From an uncultured Gemmatimonadales bacterium (lineage in GTDB: Bacteria; Gemmatimonadota; Gemmatimonadetes; Longimicrobiales; RSA9): a stretch of DNA of 64,000 bases. The stretch covers positions 1,348,695 through 1,412,694 of the forward strand of contig CAVUKA010000001.1 of the NCBI GenBank assembly GCA_963741945.1. The letters run 5' to 3'. The position numbers and the translations under genes were made by a program. Shown one piece after another: positions 20,907 to 29,394 of this stretch. Within the stretch, counting starts at the first letter, position 1. Each line of letters opens with the position of its first letter. The notes below the pieces were generated by a model. It worked only from the letters and a program-made list of their open reading frames with translations, made no database searches and was not told the origin of the DNA.

Positions 20907-21847
20907 CCGGGAGCGTGACCACGGACGGCGCCCCGCCCAAGGGCGCGTCCCGGGCGAGGATCGGCCTCGCCCTCGCCACCGTCTACATCATCTGGGGCTC
21001 CACCTACCTGGCGATCCGCTTCGCCGTCGAGACGCTCCCGCCGTTCCTCATGGCCGGCACCCGGTTCCTCGTGGCCGGCGCCATCCTTTACGGCTGGCGC
21101 CGCGCGGCCGGGTTCGCGCGCCCCTCCGCGGCGCAATGGGGCGCCGCCACCGTCGTGGGCGGCCTCATGCTCCTCGGCGGCAACGGCGGCGTGGTCTGGG
21201 CCGAGCAGTGGGTCGAGTCCGGGACCGCCGCCCTCATCGTGGCCACCGTTCCGCTCTGGATGGTCCTGCTCGATTGGCTCCGCCCGGGGGGCCGGGCACC
21301 CGCGCCCGCCGTCTGGATCGGCATCCTCGTGGGACTCGGCGGCGTGACCATCCTCCTCGGCGGCCCCCGGACCGGCCCCAACTACCTCGTCGGCTGGACC
21401 GTCCTCGTCCTCGCTTCCGTGGCCTGGGCCGCCGGGTCGCTCTATTCCCGCAGCGCCTCGCTCCCCGCCCCGCTCCTCGCCACCGGGATGCAGATGCTCG
21501 CCGGCGGCGCACTCCTCGTCCTCGCCGGCATGGCCACCGGCGAGCTGGCGACGCTGGACCCCGCGGCCTTCTCCACCCGCTCCATTCTCGCCCTCGCCTA
21601 CCTCGTCGTCTTCGGCTCACTCCTCGGCTACACCTCCTACGTCTGGCTCCTCCGCGTCACGCCCCCCGCCCTCGCCTCCACCTACGCCTACGTCAATCCC
21701 GTGGTGGCCGTCTTCCTCGGCTGGCTGCTCGCCGGCGAGCGGCTCACCGCCCGGATCATCCTCGCCTCCGCCATCATCGTGGGCGGCGTCGCCCTGATCA
21801 CCAGCGCACGCGCCCGCAGTCGGAGGAGCCCGGCCGCACGCGGGTAG
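20903..21847 (+). CDS. EamA/DMT family transporter (YedA-like)
   Basis: VYIIWGSTYLAIR, YAYVNPVVAV; about 10 TM segments. Confidence 0.9.
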   Translation: MTGSVTTDGAPPKGASRARIGLALATVYIIWGSTYLAIRFAVETLPPFLMAGTRFLVAGAILYGWRRAAGFARPSAAQWGAATVVGGLMLLGGNGGVVWAEQWVESGTAALIVATVPLWMVLLDWLRPGGRAPAPAVWIGILVGLGGVTILLGGPRTGPNYLVGWTVLVLASVAWAAGSLYSRSASLPAPLLATGMQMLAGGALLVLAGMATGELATLDPAAFSTRSILALAYLVVFGSLLGYTSYVWLLRVTPPALASTYAYVNPVVAVFLGWLLAGERLTARIILASAIIVGGVALITSARARSRRSPAARG

Positions 21848-21910
21848 CCGGAGCCGGCAGCGTGCGGAGCCGACAGCGTGGCCCCACCTGATCCGCGCGC
21901 CCGCCCCGCT

Positions 21911-22030
21911 CAGGGCCGCAGGGCCGCCGGGCCGCGGGGCCGCAGGGCCGCCGGGCCGCAGGGCCGCAGGGCCGCAGGGCCGCAGGGCCGCAGGGCCGCA
22001 GGGCACCCGGTCACCCGGTCACCCGGGCAC
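21911..22030. repeat. Microsatellite of about 11-12 CAGGGCCG units followed by about 3 CACCCGGT units
   Basis: Directly visible tandem 8-mers. Confidence 0.85.
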
Positions 22031-22040
22031 CCCCTCCACG

Positions 22041-22232
22041 AAAGTCTCTCCACCTGGAGAGATCGGGGCCCGCGTCGCGCCGCCATAACAATCACGCCTG
22101 CAACGACTTACGTACATTGTGCACCCGACAGGTCTCTCCACCTGGAGCGACTTTCCGGGACGAGAGCATACCCGCCGGCCGCAAGGTCTCTCCGCTGGAG
22201 CGACGTTCCGGGACGAGGGCATACCCGCCGGC
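22041..22232. repeat. Three copies of a GTCTCTCC..CTGGAG hairpin core; the last two form an approximately 54-bp tandem repeat
   Basis: Copies at about 22044, 22132 and 22186; AGGTCTCTCC(AC/G)CTGGAGCGAC.TTCCGGGACGAG.GCATACCCGCCGGC occurs twice. Confidence 0.75.
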
Positions 22233-22283
22233 GAGCCTGGCGGCGGTTCGGCGGCGCGAAACTTGAAACGCGCTCTGCGGCCC

Positions 22284-23240
22284 ATGACCCGCGATTCCGA
22301 GGGACCTGAGCGAAGCGAGGGCGGGGGCGGCGCTGACCGCCCCGGCGGATCTTCTGCGGACGCCGAGGCGGAGAAGGTCAAGTCGCCGGACCTCAGCGAG
22401 CAGGAGATCGAGAAAGCGGAGCGCGAAGCTCCGATGAACGCGGACATCACGTTCGAAGTGATCCGTCGGCGTGGTGAGGAGGAGCTGTCGCGGCCGTCGG
22501 CGGCGCTCTTCTTCTCGGGGCTCGCGGCGGGGCTGTCCATGGGGTTCTCGCTGGTGTCGGAGGCGCTGCTGTCCACGCACCTTCCGGACGCGGGATGGAC
22601 GCCGCTGGTCAGCAAGCTCGGCTACAGCGTGGGCTTCCTCATGATCACGCTCGGGAGTCAGCAGCTGTTCACCGAGAACACGCTCACGGCCATCATCCCA
22701 CTGCTCTCCCGCCGCACGCGATCGGCGCTCCTCGACGTGGCGCGCCTCTGGGCCGTGGTGCTGGCCGCCAACCTGATCGGCGCCGTGATTTTCGCGCTGG
22801 GCGCCGCCGACACCACGGTGTTCGACCCGCCCACGAAGGCGGCGCTGCTGGCGATCGGCGTGGATGCGGCATCCGGCACGGGCACACAGCTCTTCCTCCA
22901 GGGGATCTTCGCGGGCTGGCTCATCGCGCTCATGGTCTGGATGCTCCCCGCCACGCAGGGCGGGCAGGTGCCGATCATCGTCACCATGACCTACATCATC
23001 GGCCTGGGCGGATTCCCGCACATCGTGGCGGGGTCCGTCGAAGTGCTGTATGCCGTGGGCGCGGACGGGCTGAGCTGGGCCGACTACGCGCTGCGCTACG
23101 CCCCGCCCACCCTGGTCGGGAACGTGGTTGGCGGCGTGGCGCTGGTTTCGGCGCTGAACTACGCCCAGGTCATTGCCGGCGGTGGACGCCGGGCGGCCGC
23201 GGCCGCCCGGCTCACGGGCGCGCGGTGGCGCTTTCGCTGA
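22284..23240 (+). CDS. Formate/nitrite transporter family protein (YfdC-like)
   Basis: GEEELSRP, SGLAAGL, QLFTENTL, GWLIALMVW, PTLVGNVVGG. Confidence 0.88.
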   Translation: MTRDSEGPERSEGGGGADRPGGSSADAEAEKVKSPDLSEQEIEKAEREAPMNADITFEVIRRRGEEELSRPSAALFFSGLAAGLSMGFSLVSEALLSTHLPDAGWTPLVSKLGYSVGFLMITLGSQQLFTENTLTAIIPLLSRRTRSALLDVARLWAVVLAANLIGAVIFALGAADTTVFDPPTKAALLAIGVDAASGTGTQLFLQGIFAGWLIALMVWMLPATQGGQVPIIVTMTYIIGLGGFPHIVAGSVEVLYAVGADGLSWADYALRYAPPTLVGNVVGGVALVSALNYAQVIAGGGRRAAAAARLTGARWRFR

Positions 23241-24210
23241 TAGAGCGGAGCGCGCGCCGCACGTAGACGGGGACCATGGCGCGCCGCCATTCCGGATCCA
23301 CGATGATGTTGGTGAGCGGACGGCACTGCTGGTGGGCCAGACCCGCGATCCCTTCGATCGTCTCCGCGTCCAGCCTGCGACCCTCGAACGCGTCCAGCCC
23401 CGTCAGCTCCCGGGGGCGGGAACCGAGCGCCGAGATGACCACCCGCAGATCCCGTACGCCGCCCTCGGGCTCGAGGGCCGCCACCGCGGCCACGTTCAGG
23501 AGCGGGAAATCAATGGCGCCGCGCTGCCTCAGCTTCCGGAACACCATGCGCGTGCCCGGCACGGGCGGCGGGATCCGGACCCGGGTCACCAGCTCGCCCG
23601 GCTCCCGCACCGTGTTGCGGAGGCCGTCGGCCACGAAGAACTGGTCCACCGGCACCTCGCGCCGCCCGCCGGCCGACGCCAGCTCCACGGCCGCCCCGAG
23701 CGCCCACAGCACCGGCGGCGTGTCGGCGGAATGGGCCGCGACGCACTTCTTCCCCGCCCCGGTGACGTGGCACGTGTCGCCGTCCTTCTTCAGGCAGAAA
23801 CCGAGCGCCTCGCGCCAGAACTGGGTCTGGTTGTAGTAGGTGCAGCGCGTGTCCAGGCACAGGTTCCCGCCGATGGTGCCCGCGTTCCGCAGCTGCGGCC
23901 CAGCCACCTGACCCGCCGCTTCGGCCAGCGCCGGCGCGTGCCGCGCCACCAGCGGGTGGGCGGCCACGTCCGCCAGCGTCTCACCGGCCCCGATCACCAG
24001 CCCGGCGTCGCCTGCCTCGATCCCGCGCAGCTCGTCGATGCCGCGGAGCGACACCAGGTGCGCCGGCCCGTGCAGCCGGTGCTTCATGTTCGGGATCACG
24101 TCCGTCCCCCCCGCCACCGGCATGGCCGCCGGCCCCAGCGACTCGAGCAGGGCCAGCGCCTCCGCCAGGGCGCGCGGACGGTGATACTCGAACGGCGGGA
24201 GTCGAAGCAT
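23212..24210 (-). CDS. Xanthine-oxidase-family FAD subunit with 4Fe-4S insert (4-hydroxybenzoyl-CoA reductase beta-like)
   Basis: AGGTD, RNAGTIGGN, Cys insert CLDTRCTYYNQ..WR....CLK....C......C. Confidence 0.88.
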   Translation of the reverse strand: MLRLPPFEYHRPRALAEALALLESLGPAAMPVAGGTDVIPNMKHRLHGPAHLVSLRGIDELRGIEAGDAGLVIGAGETLADVAAHPLVARHAPALAEAAGQVAGPQLRNAGTIGGNLCLDTRCTYYNQTQFWREALGFCLKKDGDTCHVTGAGKKCVAAHSADTPPVLWALGAAVELASAGGRREVPVDQFFVADGLRNTVREPGELVTRVRIPPPVPGTRMVFRKLRQRGAIDFPLLNVAAVAALEPEGGVRDLRVVISALGSRPRELTGLDAFEGRRLDAETIEGIAGLAHQQCRPLTNIIVDPEWRRAMVPVYVRRALRSISESATARP

Positions 24211-24257
24211 GGTGTCGGAAGCTACCGGGGGCCGCGAAACGACGAAAGCGCCCGCCG

Positions 24258-24818
24258 CTACTCCAGCCAGCGCGTGACTTCGGCCACCGACACCCGCGGC
24301 TTCCGATCCGGGATCTCCGCCGGGTGGCCCACGAACACGATGGCCGCCAGCCGCTCCGCCTCCCCCACGGCCAGCGCCTCCCGCAGCGACGCCTCCCCCA
24401 TGACCGCCCCCGTCTTTATGTGCGTCCCCAGCCCCGTGTCCGCGGCCGCGATGCAGAAGTTCTCCAGCGCCATGAACGCCGTGGCGTAATCCTCTTCCCG
24501 GACTTCCGGGTTCTCGTCCTCCCGCACCACCACGCCCACCATCGACGGGACGGCCACCGTCCGCTCGATCACCTTCTCCCGCACCTGCTCCGCCGCCGCC
24601 GCGTCGTCCACCTTCGCCGCCTTCCGCTTCGCCAGCGCCGTGGCGTACGCCCGCTTGGCCGCCTCGCCCATCACCCGGAACGACAGCGGCTGCGTCATCC
24701 GGTGGTTCGGCGCCAGCAGCGCCAGCTCGAGGAGCGTCTCCATCGTCGCACGCGACACCGGCCCGCCGGTGTACTCCTTCACGGACCGGCGCGCGCGGAT
24801 GGCTTCCTGGGCATTCAT
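24258..24818 (-). CDS. Nitroreductase family protein
   Basis: AIRARRSVK, APNHRMTQP, GLGTHIKTG. Confidence 0.85.
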   Translation of the reverse strand: MNAQEAIRARRSVKEYTGGPVSRATMETLLELALLAPNHRMTQPLSFRVMGEAAKRAYATALAKRKAAKVDDAAAAEQVREKVIERTVAVPSMVGVVVREDENPEVREEDYATAFMALENFCIAAADTGLGTHIKTGAVMGEASLREALAVGEAERLAAIVFVGHPAEIPDRKPRVSVAEVTRWLE

Positions 24819-24914
24819 GGGCTCGGGGCGTTGAGAGGGAGGCGCCTCGTAAACGGATGTTTGGGGCGCCGGCGAATCTCAGGATACCGCGAGGGGGGGC
24901 GGAGCGCCATTGCG

Positions 24915-25012
24915 GGTGGCAGGTGGCAGGTGGCAGGTGGCAGGTGGCAGGTGGCAGGTGGCAGGTGGCGGGTCGCGGGTGGCGGGTGGCGGGTGGCGGG
25001 TGGCGGGTGGCG
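24915..25012. repeat. Microsatellite of about 14 GGTGGCR units
   Basis: Directly visible tandem 7-mers. Confidence 0.9.
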
Positions 25013-25034
25013 GGGGGCGATGCCGGACGGCGGT

Positions 25035-25132
25035 TGTACGATGGACGGCAGATATTGCCGTCGATTGTTCACGCGACGCCGGACGGCCGGTCACTTGTAC
25101 GATCGTCGGCGATATGTGCCGTCGATCGTTCA
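25035..25132. repeat. Pair of 37-bp imperfect palindromes (61-bp period), same family as 60996-63910
   Basis: TGTACGATGGACGGCA-GATAT-TGCCGTCGATTGTTCA (25035-25071) and TGTACGATCGTCGGCG-ATATG-TGCCGTCGATCGTTCA (25096-25132). Confidence 0.85.
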
Positions 25133-25191
25133 GTGACCGCGAGGCGGCGCTGGGGCGGCCCTCGGACGCGGAGGAAGGGGCCGGATCGGCG

Positions 25192-25623
25192 GTGGCGGGT
25201 GGCCGGGCCGGCGAGCCGCTGGTCACGCTGGACGACGGCTCGGACCGTTCCATCTATGAGCGGATCGTGGGACAGATCCAGGAGCGGGTGGCGGTGGGCG
25301 CGCTGGAGCCCGGTGACCGGCTACCGACCGTGCGTCGCATGGCGGATCGCCTGGACATCGCCCCGGGCACTGTAGCGCGGGCGTACGGCGAGCTCGAGCG
25401 GCTGGGGCTGGTGGTGACGGAGGGGGCGCGGGGGACGCGCGTGGCCGAGCGGGCGCGGTCGTCTGTGCCGGACCGGGAGCGCGCCGACACGCTGGCCGGG
25501 CTGCTGCGGCCCGTGGCGGTGGCCGCTTTCCACCTGGGCGCCAGCGCCGGCGAGCTCCGGGCCGCCCTGAACGAGGCCGTGGGCGACATCTTCCGCGAGC
25601 GCGGCGGCGAGGGCGAAGGGTGA
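25192..25623 (+). CDS. GntR family (YtrA-like) transcriptional regulator
   Basis: IYERIVGQI, GDRLPTVRRMA, PGTVARAYGELE; start uncertain. Confidence 0.85.
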   Translation: MAGGRAGEPLVTLDDGSDRSIYERIVGQIQERVAVGALEPGDRLPTVRRMADRLDIAPGTVARAYGELERLGLVVTEGARGTRVAERARSSVPDRERADTLAGLLRPVAVAAFHLGASAGELRAALNEAVGDIFRERGGEGEG

Positions 25624-25633
25624 CGGCCCCGCC

Positions 25634-25884
25634 TCAGGGCAGCGGCTGCCAGAGCTCGAAGCGGTTGCCCTCGGGATCCATGGCCCAGCCGAAGCGGCCG
25701 AACTCGTACTCCTGGACCTCGTCGTCCCCGTCCACGCCGGCGGCCCGGAGCTGCTCCAGCATGCCGTCGAGATCGGCGACCCGGTAGTTCACCATGAAGC
25801 TGGCGGTGCTGGGGGCGAAGTAGTCCGTCCCTTCCTGCATCACCGACCACACAGTCGCTCCCCCGCTCCCGCCCGCCCCTTCCT
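25634..25884 (-). pseudogene. C-terminal half of a VOC/glyoxalase protein
   Basis: FMVNYRVADLD...GRFGWAMDPEGNRFELWQP; the N-terminal half is absent and the DinB stop abuts it. Confidence 0.7.
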
Positions 25885-26385
25885 CTACTCCGGCGCCGGC
25901 ATGCCGAACGCGGCCCACTCCTCCCGGGCGGGGCCGTACACGCCGGGCACCGGCAGCCCCGCGATCCGCATGAGGGTGATGAGCTGGCCGCGGTGGTGAG
26001 CCTGGTGGGTCACGAGCGCCCAGAGCGTCCGTCCACGCGGCCAGGTCTCTCCGTACATGTTGTCTTCGACCAGCAGGTCGGCGTCCGTCCACTGCTCGCG
26101 CACCGCCGCGGCCAGGGAGTGGGCGGCGTCCCGGTACTGCGCGGCCACGTCCGCCGCGGACGACGGCATCGGGTCTTCCTCGCCGGGCCCTTCCAGCTCC
26201 AGCCCGGTCCGGCCGCCCATCTCCGGGATGGTCTGGGCCAGGTGCCACGCGAGCCGCCCGGGTGCGCGCACGTCGGGGTGGAGCGGCCGCGCCAGCGCCT
26301 CATCGGTGAGGTGGTCGAGCACTTTCAGCGTGGCCTCGCTCTCGTAGTCCCAGGCGGAGAGGAAGTCGTCGATCTTTCGGAACAT
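25885..26385 (-). CDS. DinB family protein
   Basis: LAWHLA and HQAHHRGQL metal-binding motifs. Confidence 0.9.
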   Translation of the reverse strand: MFRKIDDFLSAWDYESEATLKVLDHLTDEALARPLHPDVRAPGRLAWHLAQTIPEMGGRTGLELEGPGEEDPMPSSAADVAAQYRDAAHSLAAAVREQWTDADLLVEDNMYGETWPRGRTLWALVTHQAHHRGQLITLMRIAGLPVPGVYGPAREEWAAFGMPAPE

Positions 26386-26419
26386 GGGTTCTCCTTGACG
26401 GTGGACCGGTGAGGGGTCG

Positions 26420-27931
26420 CTATGGCTGGAAACTGGCCGCGCGCGCCTCGGCGCGGGCGGCCACGCCGGCGAAGTCGTCGCGCCCCCGGAGCCCTTCGAG
26501 GAATGGACAGAAGCGGGCGTAGTACGGGTACGGGTAGAAGCCGGTGGCCGCGGCGCGGTCGAGGAGCTCGATCGCCCGGTCCTCCTCGCCGGCCATGGCG
26601 TAGGACTCGGCGAGGTGGAACGTGTGGTGGCTGTCGAGGGCGCCCTCGTCCACGTGCGACAGCACCTCCAGCGCCTCGTCCCGGCGGCCCGCCACCGCCA
26701 TGACCAGCGCCCTGAGCTGCGCGGTGTACGGGACCCCCGCGGCGTGCTCCGCCAGCCACGCGGCCTCGCGCTCGGCGTCGGAGAACCGCCCGACGAGTGC
26801 GTAGTGGTAGCCGAGCGCCCAGTGGTAGATGAGGCCCGTGGGCCCCAGCCGCACGGCTTCTTCCATGGCCGCCAGCCCCTCCGGCGCGCGCCCCTGGAAC
26901 CAGCTGCTGGAACCGACCAGGGCGTGGGCCAGCGGGGAGAACGGATCGCGCGCGACCCATTCCAGCCCTCTCCGCGGATCCGTGTGACCGGCGGCCTGGA
27001 GGGAGATCCCGATCGATCCCTTGTACTGCATTGCCGAGGTCCGGGGAACCACGCGCAGCGCCTTCACCCGCGAGAGCGCCGTGATGGTCTCCTCGGTGAG
27101 GCCGTCGCTGAAGTACTCGTTCTCCGGGTCCGAGCTCAGGTTCGTGAACGGCAGCACCATCACCGAGCGCTCCGGCTGGGGCGCGACCGCCGTCCCGCCC
27201 GTGGACGCCGGGCCCCCGGCGCGCAGCGCGGCCACCACGCGGCTGCCGGTGGCGGTGCGCTGGTCCACCCCCTTCGCCATCAGCTCCTCGACCACGCGCG
27301 AGACCGCCGCCGCCACTTCGGGACGCAGCGACGAAACGGGCGGCGGGTCGTGGATGAAGCGGCTCGCGATCGTCGCCTGCACGGTGGCGCCGGAGAACGC
27401 CGGCTCGCCGGTGAGCATCTCGAAGGCCACGCAGCCCAGGGCGAACAGGTCGCTCCTGCCGTCGATGGACTCCCCCGCCGCCTGCTCGGGACTCATGTAC
27501 GCGGGCGTCCCCACCGTCACGCCGATCTGCGTCTGCGCCCCCGTCGCCGACGCGGCCGCGTCGGCCACCTCGCCCAGCACCCGCACCGCCTCGTCCACCG
27601 GCAGCCTGCCCTCCCGGTCCATGCGGTCCCGGAGCGTGTCGCCCCGCACCAGCGGCATCGTGAACCAGAGCACCCCCTCCGCATCCCCGGAGTCGTGCAG
27701 CGGCAGGATGTGGGGGTGCGTGAGACTGGCCGCCAGCCGGATCTCGCGCAGGAAGCGCTCCCGGCCCAGCGCTTCCGACAGCTCCGGGCGGAGCACCTTC
27801 AGGGCGACGTAGACCGTGGCCATCCCGCCGGCGCCGATGGGCTCGCCCACCACGTACCGCCCCTCGAGAGCCGCGAGGAGGCAACCGGGGGCGGCGGCCA
27901 TGGAGTCAGGCAGTGCGGGATTCTCGGGCAT
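26420..27931 (-). pseudogene. Internally deleted Ser/Thr kinase with TolB-like/TPR region (pseudokinase or pseudogene)
   Basis: Has GAGGMATVY, VALKVL, GTPAYMSPEQ, DLFALG, VLPFTNLSSDPENEYFSDG, but lacks the HRDxKPEN and DFG motifs. Confidence 0.75.
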
Positions 27932-28091
27932 TGGGCACGTCGGTGAGCCGAAGCCGCCGTCAGGCGGAAGGATGGATGGGCGAGAACGGCGCGGTCCGCC
28001 AGCGGCGGCAGGAGGCTTCTATATGCCGATGGACGCGGGCAAAGGCAACAGGGTCGACGATCCGGTCCGTGTCCGGGGACGCCTCCGCGTT

Positions 28092-28129
28092 ACTTAGGTA
28101 TTGACCTAAGTGTAGGACCGTTGTAGAAT
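28092..28129 (+). promoter_or_regulatory. Sigma70-type promoter with palindromic operator for the ArsR-SRPBCC operon
   Basis: TTGACC (28101)-17 bp-TAGAAT (28124); palindrome ACTTAGGT-ATTG-ACCTAAGT (28092-28111) overlaps the -35. Confidence 0.7.
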
Positions 28130-28172
28130 GCATCGTCAGACTAGAGATCCGAGCACCGGGAGGGTGTGGCGA

Positions 28173-28514
28173 ATGGCCGAGTCCGCGGCCGCCGACGACG
28201 TGTTCCAGGCCCTGTCGAACCGGACCCGACGGGAAGTGCTGGAGCGCCTGTCGGCGGGACCGGCGACGGTGAGCGAGCTGGCGGCGCCGTTCGACATGCG
28301 GCTGCCATCGTTCGTGCAGCACCTGTCGGTGCTGGAGGAGAGCCGGCTGGTGCGCTCGAAGAAGCGGGGGCGGGTGCGGACGTACGAGATCGCGGCGGAA
28401 GGGTTCGTGGTGGTGGAGGCCTGGCTGAGCGCGCGTCGTCGGGAGTGGGAAGCCCGGCTGGACCGGTTCGACGAGTACGTGCGGCAACTCGAGGAAAAGG
28501 AGTCGGAGTCATGA
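28173..28514 (+). CDS. ArsR/SmtB family transcriptional regulator
   Basis: VFQALSNRTRR, TVSELA, QHLSVLEE. Confidence 0.9.
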   Translation: MAESAAADDVFQALSNRTRREVLERLSAGPATVSELAAPFDMRLPSFVQHLSVLEESRLVRSKKRGRVRTYEIAAEGFVVVEAWLSARRREWEARLDRFDEYVRQLEEKESES

Positions 28515-29026
28515 ACGAGCGGTTCGCGCTGGACCCGAAGCGGGATTTCGCCATCGAGCGGTTCATCGACGCGCCCGCGGAGCTGGTCTGGGAAGCGTTG
28601 ACCAGGCCGGAGCACATCCGGGAGTGGTACATGCCCCGGGCGTGGGGCCGCGTGGCGCGCGCCGAGCTGGACCCGAGGCCGGGCGGCATCTTCAGGATCG
28701 ACATCGCGCTGCCGGACGGTCCGGAGGTCCCCAACCTGGGCTGCGTGCTGGAAGCCGTGCCCATGGAGCGGCTGATCTGGACGTCCATGCTGTTCCCCGG
28801 CTACCGCCCGGCCGTCTTCGACGACATCCCCATCACCGCCATCGTGACGCTGGCGGCCGAGGGCACCGGCACGCGCTACGTGTTCACGGCGCTGCACCGG
28901 AGCGAAGCGGAGCTGGAGGAGAACAGGACGAGTGGGCACTACGAGGGGACCGGGATCGCCATCGACCAGTTCGTGGAGCACGTGATGGCGATGAAGGATC
29001 GCGCGGCGCCCGGCGCCACGGCGTAG
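28511..29026 (+). CDS. SRPBCC/AHSA1 family protein
   Basis: IERFIDAPAELVWEALT..EHIREW, DPRPGG; typical pairing with ArsR. Confidence 0.88.
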   Translation: MNERFALDPKRDFAIERFIDAPAELVWEALTRPEHIREWYMPRAWGRVARAELDPRPGGIFRIDIALPDGPEVPNLGCVLEAVPMERLIWTSMLFPGYRPAVFDDIPITAIVTLAAEGTGTRYVFTALHRSEAELEENRTSGHYEGTGIAIDQFVEHVMAMKDRAAPGATA

Positions 29027-29177
29027 CCTGGGACCCCAGCCCCGTGACGCGCCCGGCCCACTCGCCCTCGATGGTGGCGCGCCCTTCGAGCTCCAGCCCG
29101 AGCTCGGTGAAGAAGGCGATGGCCTCATCGAGGGACTCCATGACGATGGCGACGTTGTCCATCCGCTCGACCGTCAT
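29026..29177 (-). pseudogene. N-terminal fragment of a VOC family protein
   Basis: MTVERMDNVAIVMESLDEAIAFFTELGLELEG; similarity ends at the SRPBCC stop. Confidence 0.65.
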
Positions 29178-29219
29178 GTCACGCCCTCCCGGCGGTTCGG
29201 GTCTGGCGATGGGCGGTCG

Positions 29220-29310
29220 TCCCCGGAACACGTCCTCGTCGGTCAGGTACCCGCGGGCCTCGGCGAACGGCAAGACATGCTTGCGCGCTTCCTCGAACTG
29301 CAGCCAGCTG
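29220..29310 (-). pseudogene. C-terminal fragment of a CopG/RHH-type antitoxin-like protein
   Basis: FEEARKHVLPFAEARGYLTDEDVFR; in-frame stop upstream. Confidence 0.45.
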
Positions 29311-29394
29311 GCGCCTCAGCGCGTCACGAGCAATCTCGCTTCGGGACCGGCCGGAGCGCTTTGCCAGCCGATCGAGCTGCCGATCGAGCCGAAC

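Noticed and set aside
27960-28090. Riboswitch in the kinase-ArsR intergenic region
   Set aside because: No recognisable aptamer consensus.
25634-29177. Two VOC halves as one gene split by an insertion
   Set aside because: The fragments resemble different VOC subfamilies and I see no target duplication.
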